In this document: positions 19,366 to 29,529 of the stretch, piece after piece
Position numbering within the stretch: position 1 is the first letter of the stretch
Layout of the letters: every line of letters starts with the position of its first letter
NCBI GenBank assembly: GCA_965199855.1
Contig: OZ241326.1
Location: 1,344,001-1,408,000, forward strand
DNA: 64,000 bases
Origin: a bacterium
GTDB lineage: Bacteria; UBA8248
Direction: 5' to 3'
The notes under the pieces: model-generated
Told to the model about the DNA's origin: nothing
Seen by the model: only the letters and a program-made list of their open reading frames with translations
The model's database searches: none
Translations under genes and position numbers: made by a program

Positions 19366-21153
19366 ATGAGCGACTTCAGGGATCCATTCGCCCATCCCCG
19401 CCGGTGGGTCCTGCGCCCGGTCGAGGAGGAATCCGCCCGAAAGCTCTCGGAGGCGCTGGGCGCCCCCCCCCTGATAGGGAGGCTCCTCGCGCAAAGGGGG
19501 ATGGAGAGCCCGCAGGAGGCGCGCGGGTTCCTGGACGCGCCCCTGGCGAATTTGCGCGATCCGTTTCTGATGAAGGGGATGGAGGAGGCGGCCGCCCACC
19601 TCGCCGATCGGATAGGGCGCGGACGCCCCGTCGGCGTCTATGGGGACTACGACGTGGACGGCGTCTCCGCCACGGCGCTCCTGTGCCGGTTCTTCGACCA
19701 TCTGGGCGTCCGCGCGCGTTACTACATTCCGGGGCGGCTGGACGAAGGCTACGGTCTGCACGAGGAGGGGCTGAGGAGGCTCAGGGAGGCCGGGTGCGAT
19801 ACGGTGGTTACGGTCGATTGCGGCGTCAGCGCGCATGACGCCGCGAAAGAGGCCGAGCGGATGGGGATTCGCCTCATCATCACGGATCACCACCGCCCGC
19901 CCGATGAGCTGCCGAACGCCCTGGCCGTCCTGAATCCCCGCCAGAGGGGCTGCGAATATCCCTTCAAGGGGCTTTGCGGCGCAGGCGTCGCCTTCAAGCT
20001 GGTCACCGCCGTCAGGAGACGCCTGCGCGAAGGCGGATTCGGGGGCGCGCTGCCGAACCTGAAGCAGCATCTGGACCTGGTGGCGCTGGGAACGGTGGCC
20101 GACGTGGCTCCCCTGCGCGACGAGAATCGCATTTTCGCGCGGCGCGGGCTGGAAATTCTCTCTCCCCCCTCGGAGGACGAGGGCGGGTTCGAGGCCAAGG
20201 ACCGCCGCAAGGCGGGGGTTCGCGCCCTCCACGCGGCGGCGAACCTCAAGGCGCGGACGCTCAACGCGGGCCATATCTCCTTCGTCCTCGCGCCGAGGCT
20301 CAACGCGGCGGGGCGCGTCGGGAGGGCCGACCTGGCCGTCGAGCTTCTCGTCTCCGACGACGAGGCGCAGGCGCGCTCCTGGGCCGTGGAACTGGAGGAA
20401 TTGAACCGCGATCGCCGGAGCCTTCAGCAGGAGGCGTGGAAGGAGGCGGAGGCGCTCATGGAATCTTCCGGTGCCGACGCGGAGGAGGCCATCGTGCTTT
20501 CGAGCGCGAAGTGGCACCCCGGCGTGGTCGGCGTCGTGGCCTCGAAACTCGTGGAGGCGCATCGCCGCCCCTCGGTGCTCATCCACGTCAGGGACGGGGT
20601 GGGCAAGGGCTCCGCGCGGACGGCCATGGGGCTTCACGTGTATGACGCGCTCGCGCGCTGCTCCGACCTTCTGATTCAGTTCGGCGGACACAAGGGCGCG
20701 GCCGGGCTGAAGGTGGAGGAGGGGAAAATCGACGCCTTCCGGGCGCGCTTTCAGGAGGCGGTTCGAGCGATGCGGGAGCCGGGGGCGGACGAGGAGCGGC
20801 TGTCGCTGGACGCCGCCGTCGATTTTTCGGCGCTGGACGCTCCGCTTCTGGAGCGTCTCGAAGCGATGGCGCCCTTCGGGGAGGAAAACCCCAGGCCCCT
20901 GTTCGCCGCCTGGCGCGTCGAGGCGGTCGGCAGCCCGATCCGCGTGGGCCGCGAGGGCGAGCACCTCAAGCTGCGCCTGCGGCAGTTCCGCGACGAGAGG
21001 GAGGCCATCGGCTTCGGCATGGGGGTGCTGCTCGAGCGGCCGGAGCTTTTGCGGGGAAAACTGGACGTGGCGTTTTCCCCGGGTCTGAATCGCTGGCGCG
21101 GCGGCGCCAGGCCGCAGCTGGAGATTCGCGCCCTTCGCCCGGCGGACGGCTAG
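19366..21153 (+). CDS. recJ: Single-stranded DNA exonuclease
   Basis: GDYDVDG, TDHH, PRLNAAGR, KGSAR and GGHKGAAG. Confidence 0.96.
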   Translation: MSDFRDPFAHPRRWVLRPVEEESARKLSEALGAPPLIGRLLAQRGMESPQEARGFLDAPLANLRDPFLMKGMEEAAAHLADRIGRGRPVGVYGDYDVDGVSATALLCRFFDHLGVRARYYIPGRLDEGYGLHEEGLRRLREAGCDTVVTVDCGVSAHDAAKEAERMGIRLIITDHHRPPDELPNALAVLNPRQRGCEYPFKGLCGAGVAFKLVTAVRRRLREGGFGGALPNLKQHLDLVALGTVADVAPLRDENRIFARRGLEILSPPSEDEGGFEAKDRRKAGVRALHAAANLKARTLNAGHISFVLAPRLNAAGRVGRADLAVELLVSDDEAQARSWAVELEELNRDRRSLQQEAWKEAEALMESSGADAEEAIVLSSAKWHPGVVGVVASKLVEAHRRPSVLIHVRDGVGKGSARTAMGLHVYDALARCSDLLIQFGGHKGAAGLKVEEGKIDAFRARFQEAVRAMREPGADEERLSLDAAVDFSALDAPLLERLEAMAPFGEENPRPLFAAWRVEAVGSPIRVGREGEHLKLRLRQFRDEREAIGFGMGVLLERPELLRGKLDVAFSPGLNRWRGGARPQLEIRALRPADG

Positions 21154-22307
21154 CGGGAGAGCGTCCCGAAGGACGCCCTGTCGTCCGGCTTCATCGAGAA
21201 TTCGCTCAAATCGCCCAACTCCAGATTCTTCGACAGCAGCATGACCTTGATGGCGCCGCCCAGCCCGGCGGGGTTGACGAGGCCCATGACGGCGCGCCGC
21301 TCCCGCCTCGCCTTCTCATCGCCGTCCGCCGCGCTCTCCAGCGCCTGCGGGAGGCCCGCCCCGAGCAGGAAATGCGCCTGATCCGTGAAGCCCGCGAGCT
21401 TCATGCCGCGCGAGGCGGCCGCCCGGAGGATGGAGGTGAAGTCCACGTGGGCGGTGAGGTCGGTTTCTCCGGGACGCGACAGCGGGTCGCTCTTGATCGC
21501 GTGGCGCCTGTAGCCGCGCAGCGCGCCCTCCGGCCGGGCGGCGCCGTAGAGCTCGCGCGCGGAGAAGCCGTAGTCGAAAATCAGGATGGCGCCCCGCTCC
21601 ATCCGGCGCGCCGCCTCGCGCGTCCAGTCGAAGGCGGGCAGGTTCACCTCCGCCGCCTGGTTGACGGAGAGCCGCACCCCCAGCCCGGCGAACCAGCCGC
21701 CCAGGCGCTCCTCCGAGAGCGCGCCCTCGGTGAACGCGAGCCGCCCGCCGCGCCGCGCTACGTATCTTTCCCGGAGGCCCGCCTCGCGCTGAACGAGGGC
21801 GTGGACGGGCAGGGCGTCCAGAAATTCATGGGCGAGAATGACGCCCTCGAAGCCCGGAGGCGGACGTCGCGCGGCGTCCTCGAACCGCGCGGCGCGGAAG
21901 CCTTCGAGCCTCCTCCGCGCCCGCTCCCCGGCCGGGGCGCTTCGCTCGGCGAGCGTATAGACGAGGGCGCGGTCGAGCGCGGAGCGCGAGGAGCGAATCG
22001 ACCCGAGCACGTCGAAGGCGAGCCATCCCTCTCCCGGCCCGAACTCCCAGAGGGGCAGCGAGGGCGGCGCGCCCATGCGCCGCCATATCTTCTCCAGAAG
22101 CGGCGCTATCATACGCCCCAGCCAGGGGCTCTGGTGGGGGCTCGTGTAGAAATCGCCCCGGGCGCCGATTCGCGCGCTTTCCCGGCAGTAGTAGCCGCCC
22201 GCGGGATGGTAGAGCGCGAGCTCCATGAAGCGGCGGAAGGGGATGGGGCCTTCTTCCAGCGCGTCGGCGAGAGCCTTTGACAATTCGGGATGAGAGGCGA
22301 TTTTCAT
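21150..22307 (-). CDS. SAM-dependent methyltransferase, MidA/NDUFAF7 family
   Basis: FMELALYHP..GYY, GDFYTSP, EFGPGEG, EFLDALP and DLTAHVDF. Confidence 0.9.
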   Translation of the reverse strand: MKIASHPELSKALADALEEGPIPFRRFMELALYHPAGGYYCRESARIGARGDFYTSPHQSPWLGRMIAPLLEKIWRRMGAPPSLPLWEFGPGEGWLAFDVLGSIRSSRSALDRALVYTLAERSAPAGERARRRLEGFRAARFEDAARRPPPGFEGVILAHEFLDALPVHALVQREAGLRERYVARRGGRLAFTEGALSEERLGGWFAGLGVRLSVNQAAEVNLPAFDWTREAARRMERGAILIFDYGFSARELYGAARPEGALRGYRRHAIKSDPLSRPGETDLTAHVDFTSILRAAASRGMKLAGFTDQAHFLLGAGLPQALESAADGDEKARRERRAVMGLVNPAGLGGAIKVMLLSKNLELGDLSEFSMKPDDRASFGTLSR

Positions 22308-22475
22308 GTCCGCGAGTATAGCCCTGAAAAGCGGGGGCGGGAATCGGGGCGATCGGGACGCCTCTTGATTCCGCCGGCGGGAATAGCTATCATCCGGGGG
22401 AGCGTGAAAGCCGGCGATAGCAGAGGGGCGTTCCGGGGGCTTCGCCGCCGGCGTCGTTTTTCCGTGAGGTTTCGC

Positions 22476-22730
22476 ATGAGAGTTCGCGTCAAGTGCTTCG
22501 CCTGGGCGAAGGAGGTGACGGGCGAGGACGAAATCGATCTGGAGGTGCCCGAAGCCGCCACGGTGGCGGACCTGAGGGAGAGCCTCGCCGGGCGGTTTCC
22601 CGTCTTTTCGGGACGCATGGAGTCCATCGCCGTCTCCGTCAACCGGGAGTTCGCGGGCGAGGGGACGCCCGTGGCGGCGGGCGACGAGCTGGCGCTGATT
22701 CCGCCCATCAGCGGGGGGCTCTCGGAATGA
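22476..22730 (+). CDS. moaD: Molybdopterin synthase sulfur carrier
   Basis: VKCFA, AVSVNREF and GDELALIPPISGG followed by LSE. Confidence 0.9.
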   Translation: MRVRVKCFAWAKEVTGEDEIDLEVPEAATVADLRESLAGRFPVFSGRMESIAVSVNREFAGEGTPVAAGDELALIPPISGGLSE

Positions 22731-23185
22731 TTTGCCGCGTCACGGATTCCGCCATCGACGTGGACGCGCTCGCGGACAGCCTCGACGCTCCCGACCTGGG
22801 CGGGGTCTGCGCGTTCATCGGCAAGGTCAGGAACCACAGCGGGGGGCAGAGGGTCTCGCGTCTTGAATATCACGCCTATCCGGAAATGGCGGAGAAGAAG
22901 ATGCGCCAGGTCGCCGCGGAGATCGAGGAGAGGTTCGGCGTCTCCCGTCTGGCGATGGCCCATCGCGTGGGAACGCTCATGGTGGGAGAGGTCGCGGTGG
23001 GCATCGTCGCGGCCTCCGCCCATCGGGACGCGGCCTTCAAGGCGTGCCGCTACGCGATCGATCGCGTCAAGCAGATCGTCCCGATATGGAAAAAGGAATA
23101 CGGCGAGAACGGGGCGGTCTGGGTGGAGGAGTGCGTGGTGGACGCGGAGACCGCGGCCGAAGGAGTGCAGGAAAAAGCGCTTTGA
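22727..23185 (+). CDS. moaE: Molybdopterin synthase catalytic subunit
   Basis: FIGKVR, LEYHAY, HRVG, SAHR and VPIWKKE; ATGA overlap with moaD. Confidence 0.95.
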   Translation: MICRVTDSAIDVDALADSLDAPDLGGVCAFIGKVRNHSGGQRVSRLEYHAYPEMAEKKMRQVAAEIEERFGVSRLAMAHRVGTLMVGEVAVGIVAASAHRDAAFKACRYAIDRVKQIVPIWKKEYGENGAVWVEECVVDAETAAEGVQEKAL

Positions 23186-23266
23186 CGCTCGCGCCCTTGC
23201 GGGGAGAATCCGGCGGGAAGTCGCGCCGCATGGGGCTTCACGCTGTCTGAAAGAAAGGACGGGAAA

Positions 23267-24466
23267 ATGAAGACGTCGCACGTTTTCATCGCGGCCGCTC
23301 TCGCGGCGGCGAGCGCGCTTTTCGCGGCGCCCGCGCTCGCGGCGAGCGGGGCGATCACCTTCGGCGGGGCCATCTCCAAGACGGGCCGCTACGCGGAGCC
23401 CGCCGGCCGCTTCGTGAACGCCTATCGCCTCTTCATCGAGCACCAGAACGCCAGGGGCGGGCTGCTGGGCCGGAAGCTCGATCTGATTCTCCTCGACGAC
23501 AAGTCGGACAAGCAGACCGCCATCAAGCTCTACGAGAGGCTCGTCACGCAGGAAAAGGTGGACTTCACGCTCGGCCCCTACTCGAGCGGCATCACCGACG
23601 CCATCGCCAACATCCTGGAGACGCACAAATATCCCACGCTGGCGCCGGGCGCCTCCTCCCGGGTGCTGTGGGAGAAGGGCAGAAAATACATTTTCAACCA
23701 GAACGCCGTCGCCCAGAAGAACCACAAGGGGGCGCTGCACATCGCCCGGGATCTCGGGATCAGGCGAATCGCCATCATCGGCGAGGACACCCTCTTTCCC
23801 CGGCAGTCGGCCGACGGCGCCGTGGAGTGGGCGAAGAGGCTGGGCCTGAGAGTCGTGCTGAACGAGAACTATCCGCGCAAGCAGACGGACTTCTCCGCCC
23901 TGCTCCAGAAGATCAAGGCGCGCCGGGCGGAGGCGCTGCTCACGAACAGCTACTTCGCGGACGCCGCCGCCCAGATTCGCCAGCTGCGCGAGCTCAACAT
24001 CAACCTCAAGATGTTCGCGGGAACCATCGGCCCCGGCCTCCCGAAGTTCGCCGAGCAGCTCGGCGGCACCGCGGAATACGTGCTGGGCTTCAGCCAGTGG
24101 GAGCCGCGCCCCGACGCCCTGAAGTTTCCGGGCATGAGAGAGCTCATCGACTCCTACGAGAAGCGGCACGGCGTGAAGCCGAGCGACCACGTCGCCATGT
24201 CCTACGGCGCCATGGAGGTTCTCGCCAAGGCGATTCAGAAGGCGGGCTCCGCCGATCGCCAAAAAGTCTGGGAGACCCTGCGCGCCTCCTCCTTCGAGAC
24301 CGTGATGGGCAGGTGGAAGGTGGACGGGAACAACCTGAACGATCGGGACGGCCTCACCTTCCAGATTCTGAACGGCAGACGCAGGATCGTCTGGCCGAAG
24401 AGTCTGGCGGAGGTTCCCTACAGGCTGCCGATGCCCGCGTGGAAGGACAGGGGCGGGAAGCGATAA
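23267..24466 (+). CDS. Branched-chain-amino-acid-type ABC substrate-binding protein (paralog 1)
   Basis: Signal peptide, GGLLGRKLDLILLDDKS and LGPYSS; highly similar to the next gene. Confidence 0.9.
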   Translation: MKTSHVFIAAALAAASALFAAPALAASGAITFGGAISKTGRYAEPAGRFVNAYRLFIEHQNARGGLLGRKLDLILLDDKSDKQTAIKLYERLVTQEKVDFTLGPYSSGITDAIANILETHKYPTLAPGASSRVLWEKGRKYIFNQNAVAQKNHKGALHIARDLGIRRIAIIGEDTLFPRQSADGAVEWAKRLGLRVVLNENYPRKQTDFSALLQKIKARRAEALLTNSYFADAAAQIRQLRELNINLKMFAGTIGPGLPKFAEQLGGTAEYVLGFSQWEPRPDALKFPGMRELIDSYEKRHGVKPSDHVAMSYGAMEVLAKAIQKAGSADRQKVWETLRASSFETVMGRWKVDGNNLNDRDGLTFQILNGRRRIVWPKSLAEVPYRLPMPAWKDRGGKR

Positions 24467-24579
24467 GAGAAGGGCGGCGCGCGCGGCTCCCCGTTTCGCG
24501 GCCCGGCTCCGCGCGGGGCGGGCGGACGCCTGCGCGCGCCCCTGTGGAGGGCGCCGCCTGATTTCTTCAAAAAACCCCT

Positions 24580-24618
24580 TTGACATCCGGGGGAATATGC
24601 GTATCATAACGCGCATAG
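24580..24618 (+). promoter_or_regulatory. Sigma70 promoter overlapped by inverted-repeat operator ATATGC-N12-GCATAG
   Basis: TTGACA (24580-24585), 16 nt, TATCAT (24602-24607); operator spans 24595-24618. Confidence 0.65.
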
Positions 24619-24782
24619 CACGCATCGTAAGACGCGGCCTGGAGCTTCGCGCGATTGCCCGCCCGTCGGGCGAAGCGGTGAATCCGCTTGGCGCTCGCGC
24701 CCTCCGGCGGCGCGGGTGAGGAATTTTTGGGGCTTTCAAGGCGGCGGAACTTTTGGATCCACCATCGAGAGGAGTCACGGAC

Positions 24783-25979
24783 ATGAAGAAAAGCCTGGCG
24801 TTGATTCTCGGCTTTGCTCTCGCCCTCGCGGCCGCTCCCTTCGCGGAGAAGGCGCTCGCGGCGGACAAGGTCACCCTGGGGATCGCCATTTCGCAGACGG
24901 GCCGCTACGCCGAGCCCGCCGGGCGGATGGTGAACTCCTACAAGCTGTACGTGGACCAGGTGAACGCGAAGAACGGCTGGCTCGGCAAGAAGATCGACTT
25001 CATCATCCTCGACGACAAGTCGGACAAGCAGACCAGCATCAAGCTCTACGAGAAGCTCATCACGCAGGACAAGGTGAACCTCACCATCGGCCCCTATTCG
25101 AGCGGCATCACCGACGCCGTGGCGAACGTGCTGGAGAGGTACAAGTACCCCACGATGGCGCCGGGCGCCTCCTCGGGCATCATCTGGAAGAAGGGCCGCA
25201 AATACCTGTTCAACATCATCGCCATCGCCCAGGACTACCAGAAGGGCGCCCTGCACATCGCGAAGGACATCGGGGTGAAGCGCATCGCCATCGTCGGCGA
25301 GGACAGCCTCTTTCCCCGGCAGTCGGCCGAGGGCGCCGTGGAGTGGGCGAAGAAGCTGGGCCTCAAAGTCGTGCTGAACGAGAACTATCCGCGCAAGCAG
25401 ACGGACTTCACCGCCCTGCTCCAGAAGATCAAGGCGCGCCGGGCGGAGGCGCTCATCTCGAACAGCTACTTCGCCGACGCCTCCGCGCAGATTCGCCAGT
25501 TGCGCGAGCTGAACATCAACCTCAAGATTTTCGCCGGAACGGTAGGCCCCGGCCTCCCGAAGTTCGCCAAGCAGCTCGGCAATACCGCGGAATACGTGCT
25601 GGGATTCAGCCAATGGGAGCCGAAGCCGGCCATCCTCAAGCGCCCCGGCATGAAGGAATACATCGCGGCGTATGAGAAGCGCTACGGCGTGAAGCCGAAC
25701 TACCACGCGGGGCAGTCCTACGCGGCGCTCCAGATTTTCGGCGACGCGGTGGAGAAGGCGGGCTCCGTGGATCGGGGCAAGGTGTGGAGCGCGCTGCGCT
25801 CCATGAAGACCACGACCGTCATCGGCCCCTGGAAGGTGGACGACACCAACCTGAACGAGCACGAGGGACTCACCTTCCAGATTCTGAACGGCCAGCGCAA
25901 GATCGTGTGGCCCAAGAAGATATCGGAAGTTCCCTACAAGCTCCCGATGCCGACCTGGAAAGAGCGCGCCAAGAACTAG
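24783..25979 (+). CDS. Branched-chain-amino-acid-type ABC substrate-binding protein (paralog 2)
   Basis: SD GAGGAG, signal peptide and IGPYSS; heads the livHMGF-like operon. Confidence 0.92.
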   Translation: MKKSLALILGFALALAAAPFAEKALAADKVTLGIAISQTGRYAEPAGRMVNSYKLYVDQVNAKNGWLGKKIDFIILDDKSDKQTSIKLYEKLITQDKVNLTIGPYSSGITDAVANVLERYKYPTMAPGASSGIIWKKGRKYLFNIIAIAQDYQKGALHIAKDIGVKRIAIVGEDSLFPRQSAEGAVEWAKKLGLKVVLNENYPRKQTDFTALLQKIKARRAEALISNSYFADASAQIRQLRELNINLKIFAGTVGPGLPKFAKQLGNTAEYVLGFSQWEPKPAILKRPGMKEYIAAYEKRYGVKPNYHAGQSYAALQIFGDAVEKAGSVDRGKVWSALRSMKTTTVIGPWKVDDTNLNEHEGLTFQILNGQRKIVWPKKISEVPYKLPMPTWKERAKN

Positions 25980-26109
25980 CGGGCCGCGCTCCACGCGAAA
26001 GCGACATGACATGAGCGTCTCGCCCGCGTCGGGGCCGTTTGAGGCGGCCCCGGCGTCGGGGCGAGCGCGTTGAGGCTGTTTCGCGCGCTTTGAGGATGCG
26101 ACCTTACCC

Positions 26110-27099
26110 ATGCAGGAAAGAGCGGAAATCCGCAGCAAATACTGGCTGGCGCTTTTTCTGATCGCGGCCTACACGGTCCCCTTCGGGGTCGGGATTTATA
26201 CCGACAACGTCTTTTTCGACATGCAGTGGCTGGGGGATCTGACCACCGTCCTCCTGAACGGCGTCATGCAGGGCGGCGTCTACGCCATGTTCGCCGTGGG
26301 GCTCACGCTCATCTTCGGCGTCATGCGCATCATCAACGTGGCCCACGGCGAGATGGTGATGCTGGGCGCCTATCTCACGTGGGTGTTCTTCTTCTTCGTG
26401 GGCGTCGATCCCCTCCTGGCGCTGTTCCTCACGCTTCCCATCGCCTTCTGCCTCGGCATCGTGATTCAGAAGCTGCTCCTGAACGCGGTGGTGGGCGGAC
26501 CGGACCTCACGCCCCTGCTGATCACCTTCGGTCTGGGGCTGACGATGATCCACATCGTGGAGGCCATCTTCACCACGGACTACCGAACCATCCCCTACGC
26601 CCCGGACGCGCTCCAGGTCACCGAGACCATCGCGGTGGGCAGGAGCAAGATCATCAGCTTCGTGATGGCCGCCTTCATCTCCTTCACCGTCTTCTTCTTT
26701 CTCAAGCTGCACCGCATCGGCAAGGCGATACGCGCGACGGCGCAGAACGCCGACGTCGCCATGGTCTGCGGCATCAACATCTTCCACATCTACATGATCA
26801 CGTCGGGCCTGGGCGCGGCGCTCGCGGTGGCGGGCGGCGCGCTGGTGTCGATTCAGTTCGGCTTCAACCCGGAAACGGGCGTTCTCTACACCCTCCAGGC
26901 CTTCGCCATCATCGTGCTCGGAGGCAGGGGCCACTACATCGGCGCGCTCATCGGCGGGGTGATGCTGGCGGTCATCGAGAGCCTCATCTCCTTCATGATC
27001 CCCAACGGCACCGCCATGGTGGAAATCGCGTCCTACGGACTGATGGTATTCGTCCTGCTCATCAGGCCCCGCGGCCTGATGGGGCCGAGAGAAAACTAG
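26110..27099 (+). CDS. ABC permease, LivH-like
   Basis: GLTLIFGVMRIINVAHGE, GKAIRATAQN and IIVLGG. Confidence 0.92.
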   Translation: MQERAEIRSKYWLALFLIAAYTVPFGVGIYTDNVFFDMQWLGDLTTVLLNGVMQGGVYAMFAVGLTLIFGVMRIINVAHGEMVMLGAYLTWVFFFFVGVDPLLALFLTLPIAFCLGIVIQKLLLNAVVGGPDLTPLLITFGLGLTMIHIVEAIFTTDYRTIPYAPDALQVTETIAVGRSKIISFVMAAFISFTVFFFLKLHRIGKAIRATAQNADVAMVCGINIFHIYMITSGLGAALAVAGGALVSIQFGFNPETGVLYTLQAFAIIVLGGRGHYIGALIGGVMLAVIESLISFMIPNGTAMVEIASYGLMVFVLLIRPRGLMGPREN

Positions 27100-27110
27100 G
27101 AGGCGCCTGA

Positions 27111-28049
27111 ATGGCCCAGAAAGAGCACATCCGCAACTTCGGGATGCTGGCCGCGTTCACCATTCTCCTGATTTACCTGCCGTGGCAGGTGAATCTGTAC
27201 CTGCGCTCCGTCCTTCTCTTCACGATGATGTACGTCGTCCTCTCCCTGAGCTGGAACATCATCAGCGGCTACACGGGCTACGTCTCCTTCGGCCACGTCA
27301 TGTTCTACGGCATCGGCGCCTACGCCACGGCCATCCTGGTGGTGGACTACGGCTGGCACTGGGTGCCGACCCTTTTCGTGGGCGTGCTCCTCTCCTTCGT
27401 CATCTCCCTGTGCATCGGGTATCCCGTCCTGCGCCTCAAGGGGCCCTATTTCGCCATCGCCATGCTGGGCGCCGCGGAGGGCACGCGCGTGGTGGCCACC
27501 GTGTGGGAGAGCCTCACGCACGGCGGCGAGGGAATCGGGCTGCCCAACGTGGAGAATTCCTTCGAGACCTATTTCGCCATGCTGGTGGTCATGCTGATCA
27601 CCATCGTCGTCTCCTACTGGGTGGGGCATTCGAGGTTCGGCATCCGGCTGAACGCCATCCGCGAGGACGAAATCGCCGCCGAGAGCCTGGGCATCAACAC
27701 CACGTTCTACAAGCTCTCCGCCTTCGCGCTCTCCGCCATCTTCCCGGCGGCGGCCGGGGGCATCCAGGCGTACAAGATTCTCTACATCGACCCCGAGACG
27801 GAATTCTTCATTCTCGTCAGCATCTACATGAAGCTCTTCGCCATGTTCGGCGGCAAGGGAACGGTGATCGGCCCCATCATAGGCACGTTCATCCTCTACA
27901 TCGTTCAGGAGATTACCTGGGTGAAGTTCCCCACGGCCCACCTCATCGCCTTCGGCATCTTCATCGTCCTCGTGGCGCGCTTCATGCCGCGCGGGCTGAT
28001 GGGGTTCGCCGTCGACAAGGGCTGGGCGCGCAAGGGGATGGTTCACTAG
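27111..28049 (+). CDS. ABC permease, LivM-like
   Basis: SWNIISGYTGYVSFGH, LRLKGPYFAI and AIREDEIAAESLG. Confidence 0.92.
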   Translation: MAQKEHIRNFGMLAAFTILLIYLPWQVNLYLRSVLLFTMMYVVLSLSWNIISGYTGYVSFGHVMFYGIGAYATAILVVDYGWHWVPTLFVGVLLSFVISLCIGYPVLRLKGPYFAIAMLGAAEGTRVVATVWESLTHGGEGIGLPNVENSFETYFAMLVVMLITIVVSYWVGHSRFGIRLNAIREDEIAAESLGINTTFYKLSAFALSAIFPAAAGGIQAYKILYIDPETEFFILVSIYMKLFAMFGGKGTVIGPIIGTFILYIVQEITWVKFPTAHLIAFGIFIVLVARFMPRGLMGFAVDKGWARKGMVH

Positions 28050-28070
28050 GAAGCGGAGTCGCGGCGGAAA

Positions 28071-28796
28071 ATGGCTGAAGCGGAAATCGCTCTCGACATT
28101 CAGAACCTCAAGAAGCACTTCGGCGGCATCAAGGCCGTCGACGGCTGCACCTTCCAGGTGCCCAGGGGCAGGATATCCGGCCTCATCGGGCCCAACGGCT
28201 CCGGCAAGACCACCACGTTCAACCTGCTCACGGGCGTTCTCCAGGCGGACAGCGGCTCCGTGTTCTACGGGGAAGAGGACCTCATGGGGCTGCGGCCCTA
28301 TGAAATTTTCAACAGGGGCATCAGCCGCACCTTCCAGATCACCCGCATCTACCGCGAGATGACGGTGTTCGAGAACATGCTCTCCGCCTCGAGCATGAAG
28401 ATGCCCGTGGGCGAGGCGCGCGAGCGGGCGGAGCAGCTCATGGAGTTCGTCACGCTCACGAAGCTGCGCGCCGAATACGGCGGCAACCTCTCCTACGGCC
28501 AGCAGAAGCTTCTCGAATTCGCGCGCGCCCTGATGACCGACCCGGACCTCATCCTTCTCGACGAGCCGGCGGCGGGCGTCAACAGAACCCTGCTGAACAA
28601 CCTGCTCGACCACATCCACCACCTCCAGGAGGAGCAGGGAAAGACGGTGCTCATCGTCGAGCACGACATGAACGTCATCATGAACCACTGCGAAAAGGTG
28701 TTCGTGCTGGACTACGGCGTGAAAATCGCCGAGGGCCTGCCCGAGGACATTCAGAAGAACGAAGACGTCATCGAAGCCTACTTTGGACACAGATAA
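28071..28796 (+). CDS. ABC ATPase, LivG-like
   Basis: GPNGSGKTT, LSYGQQ, LLDEPAAG and VEHDM. Confidence 0.93.
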   Translation: MAEAEIALDIQNLKKHFGGIKAVDGCTFQVPRGRISGLIGPNGSGKTTTFNLLTGVLQADSGSVFYGEEDLMGLRPYEIFNRGISRTFQITRIYREMTVFENMLSASSMKMPVGEARERAEQLMEFVTLTKLRAEYGGNLSYGQQKLLEFARALMTDPDLILLDEPAAGVNRTLLNNLLDHIHHLQEEQGKTVLIVEHDMNVIMNHCEKVFVLDYGVKIAEGLPEDIQKNEDVIEAYFGHR

Positions 28797-29507
28797 ATGG
28801 CGCTATTGGAACTGAAGGACGTCAGCGCGGCCTACGGCCGGATCCAGATCCTCCACGACGTGTCGCTCCACGTGAACGAAAACGAGGTGGTGGCCGTCAT
28901 CGGGCCGAACGGGGCGGGGAAGTCCACGACCTTCAAGATCATCATGGGCTTCATCAACTATCTGGGCGGCGAGATCGAGTTCGAGGGGCAGAACATCGTG
29001 GGCTACCGGCCGGATCAGATCCTGGGCCGGGGGCTGGGCTACGTGCCCCAGGGCCGCATCGTGTTCAACCAGATGACGGTCAAGGAAAACCTGGAGATGG
29101 GCGCCTACATCGAGCGCGATCAGGCGAAGATCAACGAGGCGATGGACTACGTCTTCACGCTCTTCCCGCGCCTCGGCGAGCGGCAGAAGCAGCTGGCGGG
29201 CACCATGAGCGGCGGCGAGCAGCAGATGCTGGCCATGGGCCGCGCCCTGATGACGCGCCCCAAGATGATCATGCTCGACGAGCCCTCCCTGGGTCTGAGT
29301 CCCCGCTTCGTGACCGAGGTGTTCGAGAAAATCGTGAGTCTCGCCAGGGAGATGACCATCATGCTCGTCGAGCAGAACGCCGCGCGCGCCCTGGAGATTT
29401 CGGATCGGGGCTACGTCCTGGAGCTCGGCAAGAACCGCTACGAGGGCGGCGGCCACGAGCTGCTGAACAACCAGGAAGTCAAGATGATGTATCTGGGCGG
29501 CGGCTGA
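28797..29507 (+). CDS. ABC ATPase, LivF-like
   Basis: GPNGAGKST, MSGGEQQML, LDEPSLGL and VEQN. Confidence 0.93.
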   Translation: MALLELKDVSAAYGRIQILHDVSLHVNENEVVAVIGPNGAGKSTTFKIIMGFINYLGGEIEFEGQNIVGYRPDQILGRGLGYVPQGRIVFNQMTVKENLEMGAYIERDQAKINEAMDYVFTLFPRLGERQKQLAGTMSGGEQQMLAMGRALMTRPKMIMLDEPSLGLSPRFVTEVFEKIVSLAREMTIMLVEQNAARALEISDRGYVLELGKNRYEGGGHELLNNQEVKMMYLGGG

Positions 29508-29529
29508 TCAGCCCCCCTCATCCGGCCGC

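Noticed and set aside
24610-24780. Riboswitch in the long ABC-transporter leader; cobalamin riboswitch near nrdJ or the mutase subunit
   Set aside because: Only short GC hairpins are present, with no conserved aptamer motifs I can recognise.
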